Positions 12,817-24,517 of a stretch of DNA of 64,000 nucleotides are shown piece after piece. Below the pieces are notes generated by a model. That model ran no database searches and was not told the DNA's origin. It saw only the letters and a list, made by a program, of their open reading frames with translations. The stretch lies in the NCBI GenBank assembly GCA_030141605.1, contig JAQGDQ010000069.1, positions 439,126 through 503,125 of the forward strand. Direction: 5' to 3'. A program made the position numbers and the translations under genes. Source of the stretch: Tubiluchus corallicola. Its lineage: Eukaryota; Animalia; Priapulida. The first letter of the stretch is position 1; the number at the start of each line of letters is the position of its first letter.

Positions 12817-15800
12817 AGTTATGCCACAATGTCAAATTACTATGTCTTATGTAACTAACATAATGAAGACAAAGTCTAGTACTATAGACCTGCAGAAGAA
12901 AAATCAAAAGTAGTAATAGTCACAATAGGCCTAAATAAACAAATAGTCATATTAATTAAATACGAATGGCATGAACTTTAACTAAATATAGTCACATTAA
13001 TGTTAATTAAATACCATGGCATAATTTTTCGCTACAGATCCTAAAGTTTTGAAAATTTAAAAAAAAATCATTAATGCTTTTGAGAGATGGCGATCTGCAC
13101 ACTGCAAACACTTTTACATGTATACCGTAAATGTAGAGTATGTGTCGCCATCTACTGTCAACAAAGAAGAGCTACACAAAAATTCTAAACACATTCCTCA
13201 TTAACGAAATCAATTTAGTGGCCTACCCTAAAGTTTAGGCACAAATTGATAAACTACACAACAACAAAAATTCAGGCATCCTGAAAACTGAACCAACTTT
13301 CAAAAGTTCTCTGCTCTCATTGCTGATGACGAAAAAGACATGACAAATCAAGTCAATAAATTAATGCAAATCCAAGTGTCCAATGATAGACTAGATAGAT
13401 CGGTCCTTCTTTCAATAGCCTGATTCAACTTTCGCTAATCCCATACTTACCGGCTTGACACAGTTTTCTGAATGTAACAACTCACAGTGCAAATCTGGCA
13501 CCAGCTGTAGAATGGCCAGAGTGATTTAAGGACAATTCTTGCTATGAAGAACTGATTTATCAGACGCTAAAATCTACAAATCCGTCTCCAGCGTTTTAGC
13601 ATACAATTGCCTGCTATAAATGAACTCTAGCCTAAACACGGAAATTGCCGACAATTTACTGCCTACCTCGCTTTAACGTTAATTACCTCCAAAATTGCAA
13701 CTCGAATCTCGGAGACACCACGCCGCGTTAACGGCAATTCACCCCCAAGCACAGGCCTGACGTTAGGGTGGAATCGTATAAAAAAAAACACAAATCATCA
13801 AGTTAAAAAATGTTACAAAAATCTGCTGTAGTTATCCAGTTGCTAGACTGTGAAGCTTGTTCAAAAATGGACGTATAAAAAATTTTGTGTCCAACTGTTA
13901 ATATCAGCAGTTACCTACAAAAATTAATTTAGAAGTTAGTGCGCGTGTACGTTCATTATGTGTCACCGATTTATTAAAATTAATAAAAAGACAAAGTAGT
14001 AGGCCTAGTTGTGCCAGCCCTCAACTGTATATCCTCAGGCCTATGACTAGCTAATAGCCCATATTTCTTGCATGCCAAGAGAACTATAGAACAGAGCATG
14101 ACGCAAGATATTCTTACTCCTGAAGTTATATATATTGATACGTTTTTGATTTTTGCGTTAGAAGTTTTGTTAAAAATGTGTTATGTATTTTTGAGCTTTT
14201 TATCGCAAGTTTAGTTACTGAAGTGAAACAAGATTAAAGAATCAACAACCCCCATTCACGCTTTATACATCAGCCACTCCAGTGTCTCATCCTAGATGAT
14301 TAGTCTTGATAATAAGCAAGGCACCGATCCCGCCACTAGCATCCTCATTAAGTTAAGCCTGCTACTGAGTAATGACTGATAGATTAATAGACTGCCAAAA
14401 TCTATAAGTTAAAAAGATCGAAAAATTAAATGTTCACTGCGGTTAACAGCAAAATATGATAGCTGCTAATTTTACACTGTAGCCTAAACGTCAGCATTTT
14501 CCCCTCGACAATATTATGATTTATTAATGACTTTATACGGGTAATGAGCTAACAGCCAAGCTGTACCTATAGGCATTTTGTTCCCAATCTAATTAGGTTA
14601 AAACGCATTGTCTGTGTGAATCAATTATGAGCTCAGTTCAATAGGTTGTATAAATAGCAAGCATTCCTTTGCATGGAATTCTACCTAAGATAAGGCAAGT
14701 GATTCAGGCCTCTCTTCTTATGTATGCAGGTATGCTTCTCGTTGCGTCTGAATAATATATACGTTCGCAAAATACAGCACAATAGCTATTAACTTAACAC
14801 ATAAAGGAATACTTTGTATGAAATGCTACTCAACAGTCATAGGTTCACAATGAAAATTACAAAGTCAAAACCTCTGTGCAGCCATATTTTTTCTCGCAAA
14901 GTTAGCAAGTTGAAAATTTACGAGTCGCTTTAGAAGTTACACTGCTGATTTTGTGCTAAACTGCTAAATAATTAGCCGTATCTCGTAAACTAATTTGCTA
15001 AAACCAAAGCTATTAATTGGTTGTGCAACAGTAACACACAATCAAAATTTTCTGCACAATAAAAAAGCACTGCCAGGCTCTCAAATTACCACATGAACTA
15101 GTCCCACTGGCCACACTATGTTAATTCCCCAGTTTTTTTACAGAACAGAAAATTCTGCAAAATGGTCATCAAAACAAAAGTGACTACAAACCAGTTACAG
15201 TGACATAATTTCACTGTTATTTCTGCCATTTTAGTTTATAGAAGTATAATTCATTTTAAAATAATAAATGGTGCACACTTACTGTAGACGTGACATAAAT
15301 TTTGGTGACCCGTAGGCTTATGTATGTACACATAATAAATGTTTACGTAATTCATATATGAAATTTTCATTACATGTAATATATATATATATACAACGCA
15401 AACATGCCAAATGAGATGTATTTGAATTTCACAAAAGCGCTAAATACATTTGGGGCTTGGACAGTTAACAGAGTTGCCTCTTTTTCAGTTCCAACTAATA
15501 ATTACTAAGTTATAGTCTAGACTATAGTTAATTACTAAATTATCCAATGTTACTTTTGAATGTTTCAATTATTCTGCTGCAGCTAATACTCCTTATTTAT
15601 ATTGATCACAAATAATATTGTCAGTAAATCGTTTTACTAGCTAATCAGTCACCACAGGACTATTTTAAATGGCAGCGTAGGCCCTACTTTGATTTCAATA
15701 CGTTTATCGTAAGTTCAGCACATTTCCGATGTTATAAGATATAGAAATAAAACAAGGATATCTTAATTAACACTACACTGTACACATACATGGCTACATC

Positions 15801-16019
15801 TACCGCTGTTTTACATAATTACATAAATTAGCTTAATTAAATTACACGAGTGAAGTGCTTTTCATACCAATACAGTGAGAGTGCTTCCTCCTTCGTTTGA
15901 AAAATGTTAAATTAAAAACACGAAACCGACGGAGCCCGACTATCACATATTCGAGGCACACAGCCAACACGGACTTTGCATCCTTTTCACAATAACACAA
16001 GGTTCCGCAAGTTCTCAGC

Positions 16020-16200
16020 TAACAGACCCGCGCAGCCGCTTCCACACAAATTACACAAAACGGTTATCAGCAAACAAAACGCCGCGCAATGCCATGGCAA
16101 CCACCATCAATCACCACATCCGCTAAGCGCATCCTCAGGACACTTTCACTTTTGAGGCCCTGGCGCCATCTGTACTCAGAGAGGAAACGCTTTTTCTACC
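16020..16200. promoter_or_regulatory. CpG-enriched promoter-like segment with an RFX X-box-like site and a CTCF/YY1-like site
   Basis: Local CpG enrichment (cgcagccgc, gccgcgc). AATGCCATGGCAAC at 16088-16101 resembles the X-box GTTRCCATGGYAAC. GGCGCCATCTGT lies at 16162. The segment is just downstream of the ASCC1 3' end and could be a promoter for the leftward gene (inference). Confidence 0.35.
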
Positions 16201-16667
16201 ACACTGAAAGTTAGATATTTTTCCATTTGTGAAGTAGCAAAAATTATTGCAGTTTGGTATAATCGAATTGCAGCTGATATAATATGAAAAGCTCAACAAT
16301 GCACAATTAGCTTAAGTAACATTTTACAGGCAGAGCCTGTAAATGTTCGGAATCAGTGTTTGTTACAGATTTAATTTATTAAGTAATACTCAATTGCCAT
16401 TGAAAAATGTTACTACTATTTTACATTTTCTTACTTTCCTATAAGCATGGCATAAATGCACATAAAAACGATGATTATCATTTCAAAATAATTTCTTTGA
16501 CAGTTCTGATAACAAGTACAAGACAGTTAAATACAGTTTGTCAGTAGTGGTATTCCAACCAGGCAGATGAGTAGTGTGCAAAATTTATCTACCATCAAAC
16601 CCAGTCATGTTCCAGTAACGACTACAATATCTTCAAACAGAAGTAAATCTCTAAAACCGCAACAAAA

Positions 16668-18195
16668 TTACTTCAGAAAAATTCTTGCTGAAGGGCAGTA
16701 ATAGCCATCTTCTGCAGTAGAGTGTCGCTGCGACATGTGAACTTCGCTAACCTCCATCTGCCCAAACTTGTAGTCAGAGAACATCCGTAATAACTCTCTC
16801 GCATCGAATGATTCCCGCTTTGCTTTTTGATCCTGATCGAAAAGTTCCTCCGCATCACGACGGAACAGTGTATTCATAAGTGTAATGTGCAACTTCACTT
16901 TCTCGAACTGGTTCAACATCAGTCCTGCACTTCGAAATTTGTCCACAAGTCGTTCAGAAAGTACTTGAAGTTTACTGGTCGGATCAGCGATTTTTGCGTA
17001 CAGAACATCAACCTCACCAGGATCATCGTTCATATATTCAATGCCATCTACATTCACAATCAAAGGGGAATTATTCAAAATCTGAGACATCAGTTCCTCC
17101 TTGCTAGTTCTGAGTATCTCTGCTGCTTTCCACCGTTCCCCTTCGCTCAGCAACACCAGCGTTCCGATGGTCAGGTGCAACTTGGCCGGATTTTGAAAGA
17201 TGGTTTCTTCGATACCTCGACTGTCACTGCAGTTACGAAGCACGTCGTTACGAAATTCGTACAAGTTGTTTTGTATGGTTTCTGAAGTTGCCGGAATCGA
17301 CAAAAAATGGGTAAAGGGTTGTTTACCCCTAGCTGAAAGGACAATGAGTTCTATTCTAGTATGTGCTGACTGAACACCATGTTGATCTACTCCCGTGATT
17401 ACAATCTTGCCTTCTTGACCATGACGAGGTATACGTATCTGTGACTTTGTCTCTTGTTCTAATCGGCGTTTGCTATCTCCGCCCTTGCCAATGATGTATT
17501 TGAAATAAGCGCTAGCGACATCTATCGTGGTTCTGAAGCCATTTTCTGTTTGTTCCACATTTGCATCACAAGTTGCATATTCGTCCATGTCCCACATATC
17601 AGGCACTAAATAACAGATAAAATTATGTAATGAATGCTACCACAAACATTCAAGTCACACCATTCACATCCATACACGCCCACGGATAGCACAACATAAC
17701 ATGCTAAAAATGATCATTTGTTGGCAGTAAATATTTAACAAGTTTCAACTTTTACTTTTAAACTAAATACTCATTATAATGACTCATTTACCAAATAATG
17801 CAAGTTTGCACTGTTTGGTATACAACCACAACTTTATTACCGGAAAAATTGCATCACTAAAATGCTACTTTTTAATTAGAGATAAACAAGTTGTCACATA
17901 CAAATAGCATTTACTCTCATTACAAGAAACAATTTTTGTATTAACCACTTTTATATTAACAAAATACAAATCTACAGTATTATTCTATGTAACATACAAA
18001 GTGTTGTAAAACATTAACAAACACGAGAAAAGCCACTTCAGAATATATTACTGAAATTAAAGATAGTGAAACTGATTACTAACCATCATCTTCTGCCTTT
18101 TTTGCACGAGTGGATAACTCATCTTCTTCACCCGCATACATCTTCCTGTAGCATCTTCCATCCACCCAGATTAACTGAGGTCGCAACACATCCAT
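16668..18195 (-). CDS. ASCC1: Activating signal cointegrator 1 complex subunit 1 (KH domain plus 2H-phosphoesterase/AKAP7-like domain), 349 aa
   Basis: Exon 18084-18195 (MDVLRPQLIWVDGRCYRK..., matching the conserved ASCC1 N-terminus; donor gttagt) joins exon 16668-17605 (acceptor tttag): 112+938=1050 nt, in frame. KH GxxG motif IIGKGG, PFTHFLS, and two HxT motifs (LHLT, LHIT) are present. A probable 5'UTR intron spans 18232-18539. AATAAA on the minus strand at about 16375. Confidence 0.95.
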
Positions 18196-19261
18196 TTCAT
18201 GCACTCATTAATGTAGAAAAGCCTGTTCCACCTGGAACACATGTATTTCATTATGAGATGTAATAAAACAACCTTATTATTTTTAAATATGTATTTAAAA
18301 AATGGCAAATTTACAATTCAGCAAATAAGTATAAATAGCTACTACTTTGTCTTATTCTGAAAACATTTAATAAACCAAAAAAGGTAATAAATTACTGTAC
18401 TAGTAAAAATATGTAACTTATCTCACGAAAGTTATGTATTCAATAATTGGAACTTTTTCATGTGGTCTGACACTCTGCAAGCCAGAACCCTATGCTTAAT
18501 GTAGATCGTTGTAATGAAACTAGATACACCGGAACTTACCAAGGATGTTTCTCTAAATAAAAGCAATAATAGAGAAAACGTGTCATGTCACGTTCAACAG
18601 GTATTGATTTTTAATGAGGTAAATAGGTGAGGAAAGGCTGCTTTACAAGTAGTGTACTAATAAGCTATTGACCAAATTATTGCAGTCATAGCATGTGAAA
18701 TGATTATTTAGTGTATCCTAATACAAATCTATAATAAGCAATTAAAAAGCACTTGTGAAAATCATCAAGTGCAGTACATCTCAGTAATTTTGACTGAGTG
18801 AGAACACTCCCTCATTTGTGCAGCTTAGAAAAAAAGCAGGCATTCCAACATAAAATCTCTATACATAAACCCAAGAACATAAATTTATGTATTAATTAAA
18901 TAATTTTAATGATTTTACCATAAAATTTTAACGCATAATACTAAATTCACATCTACAGACTTTAATAAAATAATGCACTTCGACAAATAACATACTACCA
19001 ATAGAAGCGTAGTGCTTTAAATTATGACTTTATCATAATAATAAAATACTGTAGCTTATAGATTGTACAAGCACTATAGCGACAAACATACCAACTCATA
19101 GAAGAAGTTACAATTGTACAAATGTCACATACTACATCTGTGCCAAAGAAGGTAAGAATCACTATTCCATCACTATTCAGTAATTACCAATGGACAAACA
19201 AATATCTATTTAATAATCACAGCAAGTGTATTATGACCAGGTGCACATAAATGGCTTAATA

Positions 19262-20494
19262 TCAAACGTCGTAGAATAGTCTAGCAAGTGGGTAGCGTAC
19301 AAAGAATGCCATACAACTGCAAAACACTTGAAGCACAAGCAAATAAATGACTAGAGTTCGTTCATGTGTTGGACCAATCCATATTAAGGCCAAGTTAATT
19401 ATAGTCAAGTTACTGAACTCCGTGTATTCCACATCATCACATATTTCCTTCTTAAAGTCCACAACTCGTAGTATCTGTGCAACTTTCAAAATAAATTGTC
19501 CCAGGATGTTTATGTCCGTCGATTTCACCTTCATAGTCGAAAAAGTTGATTTGTTTTCATCTGGTAGATAGCGAGGAAGACGATGACGTGGACAAGGAAG
19601 AAGACGAAAGAGCTGTGGCACAGAATAAATGAAATTTGCAGCCTGGGGAATAAAGAAGAGCATCATGGTTTTACTAAAATGGCCGAGAATGCCTACAACA
19701 GCAAAGGTCATCCCAGAGAAATAGCAAAAGGTGTCACCAATGAACACGCGTGATGGATACCAGTTATAGTATAGCAGTGCCATGGTGACTGCCACATACG
19801 GAAGTAAAAAATACAGTGAGAACAAGTGAGCATCTCTGAAATCACCAGAAAGTTCACTGAAGTTGAAGATGATGATGGAGATGGCGATGACGATACCTTG
19901 TCCAACCTCGATGCCATTGATTCCCGATAGGATGTTTATCGCATTTGTGCAAAAAACGGCTAACATTCCCATGTAAACATAATACAAGACATGAAGATCA
20001 ACATCATGTCCAAAATACGGCCGAAATGGTCGTGGAACAATGATAACCGTAGAGTTAAAATTCACATAATACACCATCAACAACGGTAATGTAGCCAATG
20101 TTGGAAGCATTAACTTGTGACGCCATTTTAAGTCGAGGGCATCATCTGCAAAACCGAGAAATATCATGCAACAGATTGACAGTAGAGCGGTGATGAACTC
20201 GACAAACACGTTGTGTGGAAACGGTCCCTCATTCTCTCCAAAATGGCGATGAAATGGGATGGGGATGAACAGGAACATGACGCACAAAAAAATGGCACCA
20301 GCAATTACTCCCGTTGATTCAGGTATTTTCACTTTGTTTCGTTTGCTCATGTCGAGACCATAGAAGCCATTGTTGATGAACATGTCCCGGAACTTGGGAA
20401 TTATTTGCCAGGTTACAAGAAATGCCGCAGCGGACATGGCAACATTGGTAACGAGAATTACGGATGCATCTTCCCACAATACGGTATGTGTCAT
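19262..20494 (-). CDS. DPAGT1: UDP-GlcNAc:dolichyl-phosphate GlcNAc-1-phosphotransferase (GPT/ALG7), intronless CDS, 410 aa
   Basis: PNPT-family motifs GFADD-LDL-WRHK, FCTNAINIL-GING-E, YPSRVF-GDTFCYF-GM, GHFSKT and CPRHRLP, with about 10 hydrophobic segments. I place the start at 20494 (ccacaATG) because a strong acceptor (ttttttgttgtag) ends 11 nt upstream, so the 20575 start in the ORF track is probably intronic. Confidence 0.96.
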   Translation of the reverse strand: MTHTVLWEDASVILVTNVAMSAAAFLVTWQIIPKFRDMFINNGFYGLDMSKRNKVKIPESTGVIAGAIFLCVMFLFIPIPFHRHFGENEGPFPHNVFVEFITALLSICCMIFLGFADDALDLKWRHKLMLPTLATLPLLMVYYVNFNSTVIIVPRPFRPYFGHDVDLHVLYYVYMGMLAVFCTNAINILSGINGIEVGQGIVIAISIIIFNFSELSGDFRDAHLFSLYFLLPYVAVTMALLYYNWYPSRVFIGDTFCYFSGMTFAVVGILGHFSKTMMLFFIPQAANFIYSVPQLFRLLPCPRHRLPRYLPDENKSTFSTMKVKSTDINILGQFILKVAQILRVVDFKKEICDDVEYTEFSNLTIINLALIWIGPTHERTLVIYLLVLQVFCSCMAFFVRYPLARLFYDV

Positions 20495-21237
20495 TGTGGC
20501 TCTCCCTACAACAAAAAATTTATGAACATGTTTTTTCATAACACAGTCTACATTAAGTCTGCTGATCGGAACCATAGAAAAAGTTTCTAATTTTATTTTA
20601 GGAAAAGAAGTTTGGGAATCAATTTTGCTTCATCAAATGTAAAATGTAGGCAAAATGACAGGTAGTTTGCAGGGGTAAATAGCAGGAAAAATTTGTGTAA
20701 CATTATTTATAAAAGACTTAAAGTTAGAAATTAAAAAAGCCCATCTAACTAATTGACATTATCTTTAAACTTGGGGTGTTCAACACATGCACGGCATAGT
20801 GGGAAGATGCAACTCTTAAGCTCATTCAAATATCATATAAAATATAACCGTGTGCTTGCTTTGAAATTTAACAAAGTAAACAAGCAAGCCATGAACATTT
20901 GCAATAGAACAATGAACTCTTGGTCAATACACTTCCAATAAATAAATATAAATCACAGATCAAAATAAAAATGAAAATTCACAGTACTTAGCCTTACAAA
21001 TGTATTTATAAAAGTTGTTTCTGCCCAGCAGCTGTGGGTGAACCCAAGAAGGGAGGGGCCTAAAGGACGAATGAATTAATATTTGGCAGTAAGGTAGCAT
21101 GCAAAACTACTCTTATTCAAAAAACTGTCGCAACTTACAAAAACAACAAATTGAAAAGTAGGTAAGAATGGCACAAGAAAAAGTGGCACACTTGCTAAAA
21201 TGCGAGTTTAGGGTTGGGATTACCATGTGGAGTAATT

Positions 21238-21400
21238 ACTTTTACCTCTGCTAAGGAAGTTATGCTTCAACACAGTTTGTTTGGTTGGTTGCTTTTGTCT
21301 GTTATGGCAGTAAGCCTATTACCCAACAACAGCCTAATAGATTTCTGTGAAACTTTGTGGAGAAGGCGGGTATGGAGTGCCAAAACGGGAATCTTTTAGC
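21238..21400 (+). mobile_element. Remnant resembling a Helitron/Helentron-associated non-autonomous element
   Basis: tttacctctgctaaggaagttatg followed by a tttg/gttg tract and gatttc-tgaaactt. From memory this resembles the ttacctccgccaaggaggttatg start of widespread non-autonomous repeats in aquatic animals; not verified. Confidence 0.35.
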
Positions 21401-22775
21401 TCGTGCTTTTTTTGGCAAAACTTGACAGCACATCTTCACGAAACAAAAACATCCGTGAAACACTTCGTGGAAGTCTCAGAGAGATGTTTAGTACTTCTTT
21501 TTTATCACCACCTGGACAAGCAACATACTACGAGTTAGTTCCAGTTCCATTTCAAGAAATTCTCACATGTAAAACTGTGTAACGCTGTCTATAACTTTTG
21601 CTTATTAACATGTATAAGGTGGCTCGATATGTGAATATGTATATTATATTTGTCAGTCTATATAACCATCAACAAAATTAATGGTCAAAAAAGGTAAATA
21701 AACACTATGTGGAACAGTTCTGTATTAGTGATTATAAATCTAATAAATAAATCTACCCTGTGCTCTTTTTTACCTGTGCCATTTTTACCACACTAAACAG
21801 ATGGCCCGATTGACAAAAGTGAACTTGACAGTCATGATTTTTAACATTAGGTTTAACATGAATGGAAGTCTGTTCCCGCTAATTCTTTATGAAATCCAGG
21901 AGTAATCGGAACGATTGTTCGCCTTTGTGAAGGTCCTAAGCGCGCATTTGCTTGTAGCCCTTTTAATATTGTTGCAAAATTAAATGGATGATGCTTAATT
22001 TTGTTAACCCGCAAGTAATTCATATAGTGCAAAATTCTCTATTTTTAGTCACTGGACACAATTAAGCTCATGTTTCACGGCATTAAAGCTCAGCAAAGGT
22101 AAGAATGATAACCACGCACTCAAGAAGACTACAATTCTGTTGATTTAAGTAAGTACCGGTAAGTAAGCAAGTGGTACACACAGATAGTTCTTTGTTCTTT
22201 CATAGAAAGCACTAGACGGTTAAACAAGCAGACACCATTACAGTACCCACGTTTTTCCAGTGCTAAAGTCACATCACCATGAACTCCTTTCGGTTTTTTA
22301 TGCAATTTTTTTTGCTGCGATAAATTGCTCCTGTGCGTTTATTAAAGCATCTGAGTGAGCATTTTGTAGATAGACTTAGATGTGGAGACGCATTAATAAA
22401 GTTTACATTAATTCTAAAAAATTTAATATAAAAAAAACGTCTGCTGGCGAAAGTCAATCCCACTCCTAGTGAGGGAGCTAAAGTACTCCCACCTGGCACC
22501 GACCCTAACTACATCACTAAAATCAGTGAATGACTGACCCGCCTTCATTCATTTCGTTCTTTACTCATTGAGTTAAATAAATAAATAATTATACCTAGCT
22601 CACAAACAGTTACTATTAAAGCAATTCAGTTTCCAAGCCAACGGTTGAAAGTGACCAAAATTCTTGGCAAGCACAACAACATACTCATAATGACGAAAAT
22701 AACATGAAATTTTCGATGCCAAAAACTAACCAGGCAATGGAAGAAATCTAACATTTTATATATGTGCAATGCTTG

Positions 22776-22892
22776 CTAATACGGGTTTCTGCAACGCCAA
22801 ATGTCGCGTAAAGCAGCCAGTAAGGCTGCTGGCCAGACCACTGAGACCAGTGAAACCACTGTGGCAGACATGCTCACTTCAGCACTCATCAT
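22776..22892 (-). CDS. Candidate 38-aa hydrophobic microprotein MMSAEVSMSATVVSLVSVVWPAALLAALRDIWRCRNPY
   Basis: ATG-to-TAG ORF in a GC-rich island within AT-rich DNA, with an acceptor-like ttatag about 12 nt upstream. It has one hydrophobic stretch followed by basic residues. No homology recognised. Confidence 0.25.
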   Translation of the reverse strand: MMSAEVSMSATVVSLVSVVWPAALLAALRDIWRCRNPY

Positions 22893-23776
22893 GTAGCTGT
22901 AATTCTATAAGTATAATAATGTAATGTAATGTTGCTAACCAACATTATAGAGCAAATAATAATCATAATAGCAGCATATCACTGATATTAGCAGTAGAAA
23001 GAGAATGAATGATGACGATGAATGATAATAATGATGGTGGTACGTAGCAATAAAAACAATAATAACATTTTAGCCCCAGTTTTACAAATCTTTTATTTTG
23101 CAACATTTTCAAATAAAAAATAATCAATTGAAAGTTGAAGAAACGCACACAATGTGTTATTGCCTACAGGACGGAAAAAATTTAAAACTCTACAACAAAC
23201 AAGGAAATTGGAAAAAACAGTGAAATAACTAAGCTGCGGGTCTCACAACCATGACTGCAAGCGCCATTAATAATTTTCTATATATTAAAGTATACAGTAT
23301 AATATAAAGCATAGTAAAGTATATTTATTTGCACACTGTGCAAATTTATTTTGATTCAGTCCTACTTATGAAAATCAACCCGTAAGTATCCTATTGGCAG
23401 CTCTTGGCAGTTTTTTCAAATTACGCAAAAATAAAACATTTTTTATCTTTGTGGCACAAATATGCTGAATAGCTGTCCTGTTTATAAGATTTAGAGTCGT
23501 TTCTGTAATTTTAATCTAATATTATTTTTTACACAATTTAATTAAAGCTGATTCACAAGTTTTTCACTTCAATAGATAAAATTTCATTTTGCAGTGTTGT
23601 TTTTATTTGGAATTGGTGGTGCTATAGTCTATTCAGTGTGTAGGGCATCTTGAGGTCTTACTCCAACCACTGCCAATCGGCTCCTGTACAGTTATGACAA
23701 ATAATCACGTAGCCCATTTTGCTTGAAAAAATAATTATTTTCAGAATTCATAATTCATCTTATTTTGCTTAAGGCT

Positions 23777-24517
23777 TTAATATAAATGTGCCGTAAAAAA
23801 CATCGGCTTGTTGCTGTTTATGCTAGCCAGTCTTGTCAATTCACAAAACATAATGGTGTTTAATAAGATCACAAGACTACTTCTGTCTACAAGTCCTGAA
23901 GCAAAACAAATGTAACTCAAAACTATAATAAAAGGGATTTTCCATTCTGATGATTTAATAGTTGATAAAAAGAAGCTATAAAGAGGCAGTTTTGAAAGCA
24001 ATATGGCATACGACTTTGCATCTGCTTCTGAATAGTGTTTGTTGACGTCAAGTATTTTTGCCAATGTACTCTGCGCAGCATGCCTGAGTTGATCCTGTGC
24101 TATTCCCACGTATGCTTTCCTTGAAGCACAAGAAGCGAGTCTCAAATCTGATGAACTTGTGCTAAAAACAACCTCTGTGAACTCAGAAGTTGTAGAACTA
24201 ACAGCATACACTATTAAGAAAGGAGAAACATACAAGCCCCATTGAAATACACTGTCATTTTTGTTGTTCTTTGGGAATGTCAAGACGTACATGCACAATG
24301 GTTTTTCCATCTCTTGCCCAGAAGCCAACCATTGGAGGACGGCACAAGTGATTAGAAATAAAAAGAATGCCGGTGGCACCTCCAGAGATATCAGCAGGAT
24401 TGACGATAATAACCATAGCTCTTGCCAAGTTCTTAAAGATCTTCGCCAAATCCACAGCTTGTAGACAAGAACTGTGAAGCACAATGTCACAATTGTCCCG
24501 TAATTAATAGCTGACAT
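23777..24517 (-). CDS. Uncharacterised intronless membrane protein, 246 aa
   Basis: A 741-nt uninterrupted ORF in AT-rich DNA, with an in-frame TAA 10 codons upstream of the ATG. Hydrophobic segments lie at both termini around a soluble core. No TE motifs seen. Confidence 0.65.
   Translation of the reverse strand: MSAINYGTIVTLCFTVLVYKLWIWRRSLRTWQELWLLSSILLISLEVPPAFFLFLITCAVLQWLASGQEMEKPLCMYVLTFPKNNKNDSVFQWGLYVSPFLIVYAVSSTTSEFTEVVFSTSSSDLRLASCASRKAYVGIAQDQLRHAAQSTLAKILDVNKHYSEADAKSYAILLSKLPLYSFFLSTIKSSEWKIPFIIVLSYICFASGLVDRSSLVILLNTIMFCELTRLASINSNKPMFFTAHLY

Noticed and set aside
16827-17285. 152-aa plus-strand ORF
   Set aside because: It is an antisense shadow of the ASCC1 coding exon with no recognisable motifs.
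20495-20575. N-terminal extension of DPAGT1 in the ORF track
   Set aside because: It crosses a strong polypyrimidine-AG acceptor, and the 410-aa form matches the normal family length.
22868-22893. C/D-box snoRNA (ATGATGA...CTGA on the minus strand)
   Set aside because: The boxes are only 3 nt apart, leaving no room for a guide.
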